Source: Eledone cirrhosa (taxonomy: Eukaryota). From it: a stretch of DNA of 64,000 nucleotides. Shown here one piece after another: positions 34,443 to 50,679 of this stretch (position 1 is its first letter; the number at the start of each line of letters is the position of its first letter). Location: positions 364,002,001-364,066,000 of the forward strand of contig OZ024742.1 in assembly GCA_964016885.1 (NCBI GenBank), in the 5' to 3' direction. A program made the translations under genes and the position numbers. The notes under the pieces are model-generated. The model searched no databases and had not been told where the DNA came from. It saw only the letters and a program-made list of their open reading frames with translations.

Positions 34443-36765
34443 GTCTCATGAGCTGTTAGCCCAACTTTACAATGAAATAGTTAAGGAGCCAGAAAAGATA
34501 CCATCATGGCTAGTTAAAGGCATTACATTCCTGCTTCCGAAGAATGATGAGACAAACAATCCCAAAAATTACAGACCGATAACTTGCTTGACCACAATGT
34601 ATAAAATTTTAACATCAGTCCTAACTGAATACACATATGACCACCTGATAACAAATGACCTATTTCCCATTGAGCAGAAAGGGTGTAAACGAGGCTCATA
34701 TGGCTGTAAGGATCAGCTTCTGGTTAACAAAATGATACTGGAAGATTGTCATAATAGACACAAAAATCTATCGATTGCTTGGATAGATTATAAAAATGCA
34801 TTCGATAGTTTGCCACACAGTTGGATTGAAAAATGTTTAGATTTTCAAAATATCCCCCGTTGTCAGGAGGTTTTTGTCATTCAGTATGAAGACATGGAAA
34901 ACGACACTCCTTTTGAATAGTGAAACAAAATCACTGGAAGCTGGAGAAGTTAATATTAATTGTGGAATTTTTCAGGGTGACTCTTTATCACCGCTTTTAT
35001 TCTGCATCGCACTTATACCATTAAGTAAAATGCTCAATGAAACAAAACATGGATATAAAGTCTATGACAAAACCATTAATCACTTGTTCTACATGGATGA
35101 CCTGAAACTATTTGCAAAAAATGATGAACAATTGCAAGGGCTATTATCCACTGTGGAGCAGTTCAGTGATGACATTAAAATGGAGTTTGGACTAGATAAA
35201 TGCGCCAAAGTTGCTGAATTGTTCAGACATTAATCTTGATCGGGGGAATGTGATAAGAGAACTTGATCAAGAAAAAACTTACAAATATCTAGGTGTTTGT
35301 GAAGGAGACGGAATCAAGCACTCGACAATGAGGGCAAGGATAAGGAAGGAATGTTACCGCAGAGTAAGAACAATCTTAAGAACGGAATTGAATGCAAAGA
35401 ATAGGATCGATGCCATAAACACGCTTGCCATACCAGTAGTAACCTACAGTTACAATGTCATCAACTGGTCAAGCACAGAGATCCGTAGGCTCGATACAAA
35501 AATTCGAATATTCTTAACCATGCACAGAATGCATCACCCTAAGGCAGATATAGATAGAATATATCTCCCTAGGAAAGAAGGAGGACGTGGGTTAATCCAG
35601 TTAGACATTGCGTTGAAAACTGCAACAATTGGATTATCTACATATCTAAGGGAATCACATGATTGGATGATCAAACTCGTTTTGAAACACGAAAGCATCA
35701 AAAGATCATATTCTATTACAAAAGATGCACAAAGATACAGTAATGGACTACACATTTCAGAAGTCCCATTTACTGCTGAAATGGAAAACACAGAAAAAGC
35801 AAAGCAGGTGAAAGTAACTGCAAAGAAAGAACTGCAACAGAAACTGGCTAAGAAATAGCAAGAAAAGCCTCTGTATGGAAAATACCCAGAGCGAGCTAAC
35901 AATCCTTATGTTGACAAAACTTTAACCCATCAGTGGTTGGCATCCTCTGGACTGAAATCGGAGACTGAAGGACTGATTATATCAGCACAAGATCAGTGTC
36001 TGCCAACAAAAAATTACCAAGCCAACATAATAAAAAATGGATGCAGCCCATTATGCCGTGTATGCAAAAAACAACCAGAGACCAATGACCATATAATTTC
36101 AATGTGCAGTCCTATAGCTCCAACCGAATACCTAAACAGGCATGACAGAGCTGCACAATACATACATTGGATAATGTGTAAGCATTTTGACCTGCCCCAT
36201 CAACAGAATTGGTGGCAGCATCAACCACCTCCCATACTTGAAAAAGATCACATCTCAATCTTGTGGAACTTTAGCATCCAAACAGACCGAAAAATAGATG
36301 CAAATAGACCTGATATAATATTGAAGGACTTTAAAAAGAGGGTATGCCTGCTAATTGATATGTCAGTTCCAATAGACAAGAATGTATCTATAAAAATAAT
36401 TTGAAAAATTGAGCAAGTATAAGGACCTGGAGATAGAAATTGGAAAAATGTGGAAATTGAGAACTAAAACAATACCAGTGGTTGTAGGCGCTCTGGGAAT
36501 GATACCAAAGGGGTCTAATGATTACTTATCGCAAATCCCAGGAAATCCGCGTATAGGAGAAATACAAAAGATAGTACTAATGGGAACTGCCCATATACTA
36601 AGGAAGATTCTGTCAATATAAGTACATCACAAGTCTAAGCACTAAAGATGCATGTGTGAGTATGTATGTTCTTTCTTGAACATGGCGGACCTTGTTGTCT
36701 CTTGAGGTCACTGGTTGTGACTTGGTGATAACTCGTATGAACATAAAGCAAGATAAATGCAACTG
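34443..36765 (+). mobile_element. 5'-truncated, mutated copy of Dong family 1
   Basis: Colinear with 28236-30576, with frameshifts and stops. (AAT)n on both sides (34411-34440 and 36766-36790). Confidence 0.95.
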
Positions 36766-38254
36766 TAATAATAATAATAATAATAATAATAAAAATAACA
36801 ATGTGAATGTTTAAAAAAAAACTCAATATATTATTATTATTTTGGTTTTAGTAAGTTTGAAATTTTATATAACTTTAGACAAATATAATTTAAAGAGGAT
36901 TATTTATGCTGATAGGTTAATTTACACAAATATATAATTAGGTTAGATAATAAAGGTAATTGATTATCACAACATAATTAATAGATTAAGGTAGATGTTT
37001 ATTTCTCATATGAAATGGAAATGTAATGAATTGTCTCTGAGGTTTGTGTTCAAATCCTGCCGAGGTTCAAATAGTTTGTCTTTCATAATTTTCGGATCGA
37101 GGAAGTATGAAGGGGTCCAACCAGTTGGAAACGGTTGCTTCTGAGAGGACCCGCTGAAGGGAGTGTTTGAGGACTCTGCCCTACCCCTGATCCTCTCAGG
37201 AATATGTGGGCGAAGAAGAAAATGTCTAACATCTCAATATTCTATCCAAAAAGAGACAATTGATGGCCTTAAATATGGGTAAAGCTAGCTGTCAGACAAA
37301 ATCTGAGAGGAGGGACCCTTTACCACTCTTTCACGCAGAAGTCATTTACTGTAAACAAAAGGCGTATTAAATAGCATAAACATAAATGGGGTGGATGTGA
37401 TGTCCCAGACCTGCAGGTGTTTTAAGAGGTGTATGGGATGTTCCATTATGAAATGTGAATGGATGTGAGGGGAGGGTGACTCTCGTGTGTGTATGTGATA
37501 AATATGATAATTGAACGAGAGGGTTACATTTTCAATCTTGATTATATGTGTCCAGAAAATCAATTGAATCCAGCACAACACAGACTCCCAAGATTGAAAG
37601 TCATAAGGTGAGGGGTGACATAGAAAACCAGGCAGATTCGTGAAAACCTAGTTCGTGAGATCGGTAAATAAAGTATTTTGTATTTCTTCCATTGAAGGTC
37701 GATAAAAGAAAATTACCAGTGAAGCCCTGGGCTCTATTCTGCCTTAATATTATTTTCTCACATTCATTCTCTCCCTCTTTATCCTTCTCTTGTAGAAAGC
37801 TGCATTATTCAGACCTAGAGAGAAGATGGACTCCCCTAGATTTTAAAATGCAATAGAAACGCTGTATGTCAACATGGTACCCGCCGTACACCTTCCTCGT
37901 CAGTTATAGGACAAAAAGCTCAAACAAGTTCAAATATAAAACTTGTCAATTTCTTCCTCTATAAAACTTTCTTGTTGACAATCGTATGTGTCATGTCTGG
38001 AGGAGAATGAAGTCCACTATTTTTGAATGCTCGAGATATCCCGTCAGAACGGTGTCCCTATGGCTCGACCAAACGGGCCGTGTTAACCACACGATTCTGA
38101 GAATCCTCACCAATCCACACTCCCCAAACACTTACATATTCATTCATTCAAAATAATATCCTATTAATAATCATATGAGACAAGGCAATTTTGAAAAATA
38201 GAGTTTAGAATAGCCCGAAGCAATTCCTCATTTGATGCAGTTTGCCAACATTGT

Positions 38255-38546
38255 TAGGAAACTCCTCCATGGACCAAATAAATAATCAATGTTATATTTT
38301 TAGAATATGTATTTCTGAGCCCAATCTTGCAAATTATGACAAATAAGTGTGTTATTAAATGTGTAATGATATATATCCCTCGTTCCATAAGCCTTTCCAT
38401 TGCTGATACTATCTGATTGATGTAATTTGTGGCAGAAACAAAGTGAAAATGTTTATTTTGCTCAAGAATAAAACACACTGACGGGACACTGAATTGAATC
38501 CGCATTATGATTGTGATTCGAAACCCCGAACAACTATGGAACGTGC
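38255..38546 (-). mobile_element. Degenerate SINE (family of 12686-12987)
   Basis: The reverse strand reads 'gcacgttccatagttgttcgggg...gtgttttattcttgagcaaaataaacattttcac'. Confidence 0.45.
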
Positions 38547-38576
38547 TCTGTGCTCTCTCTGTGTCTGTCTGTTCCT

Positions 38577-38607
<31 letters not shown>

Positions 38608-40002
38608 CCCACGCTCTCTCTCTCTCTTTCTATCTCGCACCCTCCCTTTCTCTCCCCCCCTCTCTCTCTCACAGATACATACACACAAAGACGTGCACTA
38701 ACCTATACTTACATATATGAAGTATATTATAACGGAATTATATCATACTTCATATATACACTTTGCTATATAGTATTGAGTGCTCACATTGTGTCTACCT
38801 CCATTAATCAACACAATTCGCTACTCTCACATCCTAGATGACCTGCTAGATGAAGGGAGATAGGATCGGTATGGAGTATGTCTTCTCATGACTCTCACCA
38901 GGATACACAACCCACTGTGAAAGCATGATACATTCTTAGACATATTTGATTACTAGTGACGGCTGTAATATAGTTATTTTTATGACATAAACGCGTTAGT
39001 AGAGATGAGGTATAGAAAACTATATATCTTGTGAAAGTGTGTTATGCAACATTTTGTTTCTAGCTGATGACGTCATTAGTTGTTTTGACATATTTACTGC
39101 CTAATTTGATTTCATTAATACATTTCATGCAAATCTACCTAGGTTTTTTAATGAAACTATTATTGGCTATATATTTGTTTTTGGATTACATTAATATATA
39201 TTTCTATATATTTGTGTGCTTACAGTTATTGCATTTATAATTAATATATAGAAATATTCTATCATATCTTATTGTTATAGATGATAATATCCTTTTTGTA
39301 ATATGCAAATGTCACGTCTGAATATATGATATACTGATTAAAGATTTATATCTATTCATTATTGCAAGAATCATGACTTATTTAATAAGTAGTAGGTATC
39401 TAGCCGTTGATGTATCTGGCTGTGTCATTGTTCCAAGCTGATTCTCTATTAATGTTTAGAAAGATTATTAACAGAGTTCTTTTTTACGTTGAACATAATA
39501 TCATATAAACTAACTATAATGCAGCTACATATCAAATAGCTCTATACTTCTTTATAAAGAAGGATTTCATCCTTAATGTCTGGTGGAGTTGCATGGGTCC
39601 CGACATGACACACGGTATATCCCAGACATTGAAACATGGCCGGGCACATATGACATCACGTCTGAATACAACAGATGTCTTCGTCTTGTTCAAAGAGAGA
39701 GAGAGAGAGTGTGAGAGAGAGAGAGAGAGGCTAAGAAAGAGAGAAAGAGTGAGACTGAGGGACACAGAATAAGAGAGATAAAATCGACCAAGATGCTACA
39801 CTAATTTTTGGTTATCGATTTCGAAAGGATGAAATGCAAATAAGGCCTAAACGGGACATGGAATCGTAGAGCTGTGGCTTAGAACCAACAGAGAGGTATT
39901 TAATTCGATGCCATAAAGAAGACAGGGCGCCTGATTTCCAATTTTTGATGAAGTTCATTAGATGGTGTAATACATAAAACACACATACACACATTTCTAT
40001 CT

Positions 40003-42900
40003 ATGTACATGGGTGCCTATTCAGACCACAAATTAGTCACCTGCTTAGTCAACCATGATAGGATACATAGACAAGGACCCGGATACTGGAAGCTGAACAT
40101 GTTGTTACCGACGCATGAAGCCTACTGTAGACTGATAAGTAGATTAGTTAAGCAACAGTTGACTGGAGCCATCGTCAACAATAGATGGTAGTACTCTCTC
40201 AACAGAGCAATTAGAGTAGAGTTGATAGATTTTAGCAAAGAACTAGCATTAGAGAAAAACAAGACAGAAAGAGAACTAATAGCCAAGGTTGAGGAGGCGC
40301 TTAGCGGTGGCAACGCAGCTAGAGTGCTAGCAACGAGAACGGCACTAGACCATTTCTTCCATGCGAAACACGAAGGCTGCGTGGTCAGGAGTAGATCAAG
40401 TGCTCTAGGAAACGAGGGAGCAAAAGCTGTTAGCTGGGCCCGAGTGGCAGAGGCGAAAAGTGGCAACAAGTCCACGAATCGGTCTTTGAAAGACTAAAAC
40501 TGACACATGCTACTTGACTCCAAGCGGATGTGCGCGGCCTTCCAGCGGCAATTTGCGCAACTGTTCGAGCAGAGCGGCGGTGCGCCGAACGAGGCAATGG
40601 ACTTCGGTTCTTTCCTTACGGCCTGCCGTGTCTCTCAAGCATGGACGCTGAGTTCTGCGAAAGACCGATCACAGCTACTGAGATACGGGACGCTCTGAGT
40701 CGCAGCGGAAACGCAAATCACCCGGTCTAGATGGTCTACCCTATGAGTTTTACATAGGCATGGCGGACTTGTTGTCTGGCGTCCTCGAAGCAGTCTGCTG
40801 CAACTGACAGCAGAACGGGAGAATTCCCAGTTCTGCAGGCAGGGGCCTAGTAACGCTGATCAGGAAAGACAAGAACAAGGGGACGAACTAAGCAACGTTA
40901 GGCCCATAACTCTCCTAAACACAGAGTTAAAGATTTTGGCCAAGGTGTTAGCAACGAGGTTGGCGCTTGTCGTCGAGTACCTAGTGGGAACAGCTCAAAC
41001 GTGTGCAATTCCAACCAGGTCCATACACGACAACCTCCACCTCATGCGATACATCATAGAGAGGGTGGCGTTTAAAACCGGCTTCGGTGGGGCTCTGATC
41101 AATTTAGATCAGTCTAAGCCATTCGATAGGGTCGACCATCAATATTTGGAAGCAGTTCTCAAGGCGGCCGGTTTCGGAACTGTCTTCAGAGGCTGGATCA
41201 CAGCCATGCACACCAACATATGCTCGACAGTCAAGGGGAACCGCTACCTATCGGAGCCATTCGCAATCACGCGTTCCATCCGACATGGATGTCCTCTCTA
41301 CCCGATTCTGTACGTATTGAGTCTAGAGCCACTACTGCGGAAGTTGGAGCGTCTGCAGTGCATCCCGTTGGAACCAGGACTGCGGAAAGTGGCGTCGGCT
41401 CATGCCGACGACATGACGGTAATGTTGTTGAAAACCTCGGCAACTCACTCCAGGAATACAAAAGTTTCATAGGAGCAAAATTGAACCCGGACAAGTCTGT
41501 CAGTTTGGAACTCGGAACGTGGAGAGGCAAACCGATGCCGTTCGACAGCGTTGTCGGACGCTGGACGGAAGGACCGGTGAAATTGCTCGGGGTCTGGTTC
41601 GGTTCGGACCTCCAGGTGGAAACAAACAGGACCGAGGTTATGGCCAAGGTATTTGCTCTCATAGAGAAGTGGGCAGAGTGCAAACTATCCTTGAAAGGTC
41701 GAGTGGAGGTGGCGAACACTTTCATAGTGTCCGTCACCTACTACCGCTTGACCGTCGTGTATTGTCCCCGTGAATAACTAACCAAGATGGAACGCATGCT
41801 CTTCCAGTTCCTTTGGAAGAAGTAGGGTCCACTAGTGAGGAGATCCGTCTGCTGTCAGCACCCTTCCAACGTTGGGCTGGGATGCCGTGGCTGATGATGC
41901 GCAAACATGCGCTGAGGCTACGGCATCTCCAGGTATTCCTCACCGAACAACCGGTGTGGGCCCGTTTGTGAGACAGGCCTTCCCGCAACCTGTCTCGCTG
42001 ACGGAGCTGCAGTCCTGGGTCAAGCGGAGACCGAAGAAAATGAGCGCCCGGCACATTGAATGCGCTCAGGCGCTCACAGTCCTCTTTCAAACGGGCACAG
42101 CAGTCAGTGGAGACTCCACTTCGACATTCTGTAGAGTGTTAGTACGTTACAAGTGAGACGACGTGTTCGGAGAGACTCTGGGCGCCGAAGACAACGAGCT
42201 CACCAGTCTGTTTGGTAGGACTTTCCTCCCTGACCGATGGACAAGTTCCAGTATTCTCTGGCCTGGCAGTGCTACCGATGAGCTCTACCAGTTGGAGACA
42301 AGATCTACAGGCACGGACGCCTCGACAGGAATCCATCCAAGAGGACAAACCCAAGATGCGAGCAGGACATTTAAACCGTCTTGCACGCAATTTTACACTG
42401 CTCGGGCGTAACCGACCTGTGGAACTATGCAGAAAAACTGCTGTCACGTATGGAACAAATCAAGTTGACTGCCGATTCCATAGTAAGTATCAAACCGCCT
42501 TTCCCTCCAGACAACAACTCATTCCCTTCTTTAAGTACCACTTAAGAAGGAGAATCAGAGTGGAGAGAAAGGCACTGCACCCCAGTAAATTTACTGAATA
42601 GTGGGTGAATGTAGCAAAAATGGCCCGAGTGATTGGGCCTTCTCTGTATATAAACCTGCGGGTTGAATATGAGAGCAAAAGGAAGAAGGGAACACTTGCA
42701 CAACACGCTCCTGGAGTTGAGGGTTGTTCTATCGACGGGGTATTAAACAACCCATTTCTAACGCCTCCCCATTATTGGGAATTTCGATTGTTAAATTTAC
42801 TTGTTTTAATAAAATCTTTACACGACTGTATGTAAAATCCCCGACATGTGTCTTTGTATTATCCCACTTTCTTGTGCGCCCTTGTGGCAAATAAAGAAAT
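40003..42900 (+). mobile_element. Tx1-clade LINE copy C (5'-truncated, degenerate), (ATCT)n-tailed lineage
   Basis: Starts inside the APE domain (AYSDHKLV..GPGYWKLN) and has fragmented RT. 3' end CTTGTGGCAAATAAAGAAAT is followed by (ATCT)-like repeats, and TCTATCT lies at the 5' junction. Confidence 0.9.
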
Positions 42901-43180
42901 ATATCTATATGTCTGTCTATCTATCTATTTATCTACCTATGTATCTATCTGTCTGTTTTACTTGAGACGTGTGCCAGTTCGCTGGTAAGTTTTTGTTGAT
43001 TTTCTAAGTAAGAAATCAAAGATTTATTGTTAAATTTATTACTATTTTATAGCTTGACCCCACCTCTGGACTTTCAGATGGTGGGCCAAGTCATCTTCAC
43101 CCCTCCCTGGGGTGAAATTTTCGTTTTGAAAAAAAATTTCGCCGGTGAAATAAAAGTGTAAACAAACCCTGCATTCAGTC

Positions 43181-44954
43181 ATGAACGCTGCGTTCATAAC
43201 TGGAAGTGGTGGAGAGGCGGTAAGAGTGTTAAGCTCGCAGTCACCTCCTCTCACCACCTCATTGAAAGACATCGAAAATGTCGTCAGTTTTGAGAACACG
43301 ATGTCGGACGTTGATTGTAACATCAACACTAACACAAACACCAATAACATGCAAAATATAAACAACAACAACCAGAACAACAACAAGAAGAAGAACAACA
43401 ACAACAAGAACAACAACAGCAACAATGATAACAACAACACCACCACCAACAGCAACAACAATGATAACAACAACAATGATAACAACAACACCACTAACAA
43501 CAACAGCAACACGAACAACTCCACGAACAAGGAAAATATTTCTTTTGCTCAAACCGTCCAAAAGACGGAACTGTTCACATACGTTGACATTTCCAATGCT
43601 AGGGAAATGTTAAGCGATGCAAAACAGTACGTAACTTTTGGTGAGAGTGGTGCTTTCAGCATCACCTCTCCTCAACAGTTACGCAGAGAAACTGTTCTAA
43701 AAACAGTAATTTTTAGGACGGTTTCAAATGTGTCGAAAAAACCAGTTCAATTATCCCAAAACGATATTGAACTGGTTCTGAAGAATTCCATGAAGGATAT
43801 TGCCCTCATCCAAAAACGGAAACTTTTTGGAAGCATTTCAGTGTTGTTGAAAGACCAATTGACAGCACAAAAATATTCTGTATCGCCGATTGTGTCCCCC
43901 CTTTACACATTTTTCCCCCACATATATGGGAAAAAGAACACAAAAAATAAAAATGTTGAACATTGCACCAAATGTAAACGTCTGGTGGATTCAAACTGGC
44001 TTCATCGATTTCGACGAAGACACAATCATTTCGGTAGGAAAGTCCTCCAGAGCCACATTCAATGGTACAAGCATGGAAGTTCTGGTCCAAATGAGGCCAG
44101 AACGGATAGCTAAAGTACCCCAACGTGTGCCTCTGGACGGAATTTCACACATAAACATTTCTGAGGGTAGGCGGCCTTCATGTTACCACTGTTTAAGCAG
44201 TGGTCATCTGAAGGCTTACTGTCCTCAGTTAACTAAAAAAAAAAGAGGCACTACTGCCAACACCCAAAACAACAACACAACCACCACCACCACCACCACC
44301 ACCACAACAACAACAACAACAACACGCAAACACAACCAAAACAAGAACACAAACCAACCTGCAAGCACAGTCCCACACAACCTCACTCAACCTAAAACCA
44401 CTGCAAAAACACCCACAAACACAACAGCTCCCCAAAACATACCCCTTCCAAATAACACAGACACCACAACGGACGAGGCCCCCACATCATCACCAAGTGA
44501 TGATGAGGGAGAGCCTCTCCGTTCGAAAAGAAAGAAGAAAAGACACCACAAGAACAAAAAAACAACAAACATCACTACAAACATACAACCACCAACACAA
44601 ACAACACAAACATTACAAACAAAACCCCCCCTTCCCGAAAACAAAACCACGTCATCACTCCAAACACAAACACCTACAACAAAACGAAAGCTCCCAAAAG
44701 AACAACAGACAAAAACCACCGCAACACAACAAGAACATTACACATACATAAACAGTAAAAACAAAACTATAATGCAAGTCATCTCCAACGACCCTTCGGT
44801 GAAAACCGAAGGGAAAACTTTTTCGAACTGTGTAGACAAACCTAATTTAAAGTTGATTAGGGTCCCTACGGACACCTATAAATCTTTAAAGGAAAACTTT
44901 CCTAAGGACGTGAGTAATCCTTGTGTTAAACCCATTAACCGTGTCCTTTTTTAA
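43181..44954 (+). pseudogene. Tx1 copy D ORF1 (frameshifted near 43915)
   Basis: Asn-rich N-terminus, ISFAQTV, EGRRPSCYHCLSSGHLKAYC knuckle and a Thr/Pro-rich tail homologous to the A/B ORF1s. Confidence 0.85.
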
Positions 44955-45150
44955 AATGTCCTCACCCTCACCCCAGACACACCCACTCCAGACACCCCCA
45001 CCACACCAAACATCTTCGTCCCCACCCCGCCGGAAACCACCACCCACCCAGACAATCCCTCTAACACCCCCATGGAAACCGTGCGGCCTGATCCCCGGGA
45101 GACGAAGTGGTGACTGTTTTCTTCTCCTCTTTGAACTTTTCAGAACCAAC

Positions 45151-48100
45151 ATGGCCAATATAAGAGTTGGGTGTGTGAATGTACGCGGCCTGGTGATGCC
45201 CTGGAAACAGGGCAAACTCTTAAACGACCTCAGGTTGCACAGTATGGATGTAGTAGCCATTTGCGAGTCCAGGATCGACAGCTGGCCCCCATCTTCGATG
45301 ACTTTGAGATCTACGCATCTCTGTGTCGGCCGGGGGGTGGGGGCGGGGTTGCCGTTTTGCTGCGGAACACTAGGGCCTCGTAACACAGACGGTACATCTG
45401 GACCCGGAGGGTCGACTGGTGGTTCTATGCGTTTACGGTAGTGAAGGTGGAGCCTTCAGGCTGGTGGCCGCATATGCCCCATCCGGAACACCGCGGCCAG
45501 ACTTCTTCAAACGTCTAGAGACTTTTCTGGGAACGTCCCGCTCCTTGCTTTTAGTGGGGGACTGGAATGGAATCCTAGATGCACGTTGGGACTATGTAGG
45601 AGCATGTCCCGATAAAGGGGGTTGTAACATCCTCAAACAGTTAATCGGCCGATTTGACCTGGCCGATAGATATCGACTAGATTTTCCGACTGTGCCACTG
45701 TAGACGTGGACAAATCCAGCGGAACATCTAGATCGTATATAGATAGGGTTCTAGTTAGAAATAAGGAGAGGGACATGTTAAGCTGTCCACAAATGTTCAT
45801 GGTTGCCTATTCAGATCACAAACTAGTGACCTGCATGGTCAACCTTGATATAACCCATAGACAAGGACCCGGCTACTGGAAGCTGAACTTGTCGTTACCG
45901 ACATGCAAAGCCTACAGTAGACGGATTAGCACTTTAGTTAAACAGCACTTGGCAGGGGCCATTGTCAACAACATATTGTGGTACTCTCTCAAGAGGGCAG
46001 TTAGATTAGACTCGTTAGTTTTTAGTAAAGAATTAGCGTTAGATAGAAATAGAACCGAGAAAGAACTGGCAGATAAAGTAGAAGAGGCAATTAGAAGTGG
46101 CAACGTAGCCTGCGTGCTAGTAACGAGAACGGCCTTGGACCAGTTCTTCGACGCAAAGCATGAGGGCTGCGTTGTCAGAAGCAAAATACGTGCTCTGGAT
46201 AACGAGGGAGCCAAAGCTGTTAGCTGGGCCCGAGTGACGGAGGCAAACAGTGGCAACAGTCTACGATTCGGTCTTTGAAGGACCAAAACGGACGTGTGAT
46301 ACGTGAGCCGATACAGTGTGTGCGGCCTTTCAGCAGCACTTTGCTCACCTGTTCGGGCAGTGCGGCACGCCGGAAGGGGCTATGGATTTCGGTCCATACC
46401 TCGACGGCCTACCGCAACTCTCGGACATCGAGGCAAAGTTCTTCGAAAAGCCGATTTCAGCCGCTAAGATAGGCGACGCGCTGAGCCAATGCGGCAAACG
46501 CAAATCTCCAGATCTCGACGGTCTACCCTACGAATTTTACGTAGCAATGCCGGACTTATTCTCCGGTCTCCTGGAAGCGGTCTACTGCAACTCGCAACAG
46601 AACGGGAGAATTCCCAGTTCTGTGACCGGGGGCGTAGTCACACTAGTCAGGAAGGACGAGAATAAGGGGATGACATAGCAACATTCGGCCCATAACTCTG
46701 CTAAACACAGAGTTACAGATTTTGGCCAAGGTGTTGGCAAAGAGCTGGCGCTTGTCGTCGAGAACCTGGTGGGAGAAGCGCAGTCATGCGAAATCCCGAC
46801 CAGGTCCATACACGACAACCTCCACCTCATGCGATACACCATAGAGAGGGTAGGGTATAAACCCGGCTTCGGTGGCGCCCTGATCAACTTGGATCAGTCT
46901 AAGGCTTTCGATAGGGTTGACCATCGTTACCTGGTTGCGGTGCTCGAGGCGGCAGGCTTCGGACCTGTGTTCAGGGCCTGGATTGCTGCAATGCATATCA
47001 GCAACATCTGCTCAAGGGTTAAGGTGAACGGCTACCTCTCGGAGCGATTCCATATCACGCGATCCATTCGACAGGGATGCCCTCTCTCCTCCCTTCTGTA
47101 CGTATTGACTCTCGAGCCATTACTGCGGAAGTTGGAGCTATTGCAGGGCATCCCTCTGGAACCGGGACTGCGGAAAGCGGGGTCGGCCTACGCCGACGAC
47201 GTGACAGTAAGGGTGTCGAGCACCTCGCAAATCGAGGAAGTCGGAACCCTACTGAAGGAATACGAAAGGTTCAGAGGAGCGAAGCTGAATCGGGACAAGT
47301 CCATCGGTTTGCAACTCGTATCGTGGAGAGGCAAACCGATGCCTTCCGATGGCGTCGTCGGACGCTGGACGGAAGGACCAGTAAAGCTGCTCGGGGTCTG
47401 GTGTTGGTCCGGACCTCCAGGTGGAGAAGAACTGGAACGAAGTGTCGGCCAAGGTGTTTGCACTCACCCAGAAGTGGGCCGAGTGCAAACTATCCTTGAA
47501 AGATGGAGCGGAGGTGGCGAACACTTTAATAGCGTCCGCCATCTACTACCGCTTGACAGTCGTGCCTTGTCCAGCCAAAACCATCGCCAAAATGGAGCGC
47601 GCGCTCTTCCAATTCCTTTGGAAGAGGCGGGCTCCTTTGGTGAGAAGATCCATCTGCTGCAAACGCTCCTCCAACGGAGGGCTGGGGATGCCGTGGCTGA
47701 CGATACGCAAACACGCGCTGAGGCTACGGCATCTTTACGTATTCCTCACCGGACAACTGGTGTGAGCCCTGTTCGTGAGGCGAGCCTTCCCACGACTCGT
47801 CTCGCTGACCGATCTGCAGTCTTGGGTCAAGCAAAGACTGAGGAAAATGGGCGATTGGCACATCGAATCTGCTCAGGCGCTCACAGCCCTCTGGCAGGCG
47901 GACCCGGCAATCAGTGGAGACTCCACTTCGACATTCTATGGAGGATTGGTTCGACGACACGCTCGGAGAAACTCTGGGCGTAGAGGAAGATGAACTGGCC
48001 AGTCTGTTCGGTAGGACCTTCCGCCCGGGACCAATGGACAACTTCCAAAAGTCCCTGGCCTGAAAGTGCTACCGAGGAGCTCTACCAGTTCGAGACAAGC

Positions 48101-48561
48101 TCTACAGACACGGCCTCCTGGGTAGGGTCCCTTCGAAAAAGATCTGTCCGAGATGCGTGTGCGACGAGGAAACCGTCGCACACGCATTTGTACACTGTCC
48201 GGGCGTTACCGACCTGTGAGGCTATGTAGAACGACTATTGTCGCGGGTGGGACCAATCCAGTTGACCACCGAGTCTATTGTCATGATCAAACCGCCACCC
48301 TCCTTCAAAAACGAGGGAGAGGCGGTTTTCCTATGTGTTATGGCTATGGTGAAAGAGGTTATATGGTGGACGAGGTTAAAAGGGCTGAGGTCAGAGACCT
48401 TTCTCTCCGGCGAGCAACTGATTCGTTTTTTCAAATATCATTTTGGAAGAAGAATCAGGATGGAGAGAGAGGTACTCTATCCCAGCAAATTTGATAAAAG
48501 GTGGGTGAATGTGGTAAAGATGGCCCGAGTGGTTGGGCCTTCTCTCTATATAAGCCTGTAG
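45151..48561 (+). pseudogene. Tx1 copy D ORF2 (APE-RT), multiple frameshifts
   Basis: MANIRVGCVNVRGL, GDWN, SDH, QGCPLS, YADD and C-terminal ..ARVVGPSLYISL*. Confidence 0.9.
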
Positions 48562-48793
48562 GTTGAGGAAAAAGAGGAAGAGAGGAAGGGAGTACTCACT
48601 CTTGCTGCTCCTGGAGATGAGGGTTGTACATTTTTTCGGGGTGTGTACAATCCCTGTGTAACACCTCCCCCCTATTGGGGATTTCAATTGTTATTTGTTG
48701 TTTTATTAATTGTTTTATTTTCATATATCTGTATGTAAACTCCCCTTTTGTATTTGTCCCCTTCTTTTGTGCCCTTGTGGCTAATAAAGAAAT

Positions 48794-50415
<1,622 letters not shown>

Positions 50416-50640
50416 TTGATATATCGATAGGTGAGCACGAGGACAAATAGTTGCAAGTTCGATAATGTAGGTGTAAATTGATATATTTCTAGATTAATAT
50501 GTCACTTATTGGAGACATTGTGAGGGTTTGTAAGACTCGGAGGACATTTCTATTCCCAAAATATAGGAATACATCCTGTAAACGGTGGATTAATTAACGA
50601 ATTGGTGAACAGAAACGGGATATTTGGGGAAAAGTGTGTG

Positions 50641-50679
<39 letters not shown>

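Larger units (their letters stand above)
42956..48793 (+). mobile_element. Tx1-clade LINE copy D (full-length, inactivated), (ATCT)n-flanked
   Basis: Begins right after (ATCT)n 42901-42955. Has ORF1, ORF2 and a 3' end AATAAAGAAAT followed by ATCT repeats. Confidence 0.9.

Noticed and set aside
37110-37680. Possible old CR1-like LINE fragment splitting a SINE
   Set aside because: Too decayed to confirm by eye.
44910-45143. Intron fusing ORF1 to ORF2 in Tx1-D (GTGAGT...TTTTCAG)
   Set aside because: Splicing would leave ORF2 out of frame (7 nt before the ATG after a phase-0 donor).
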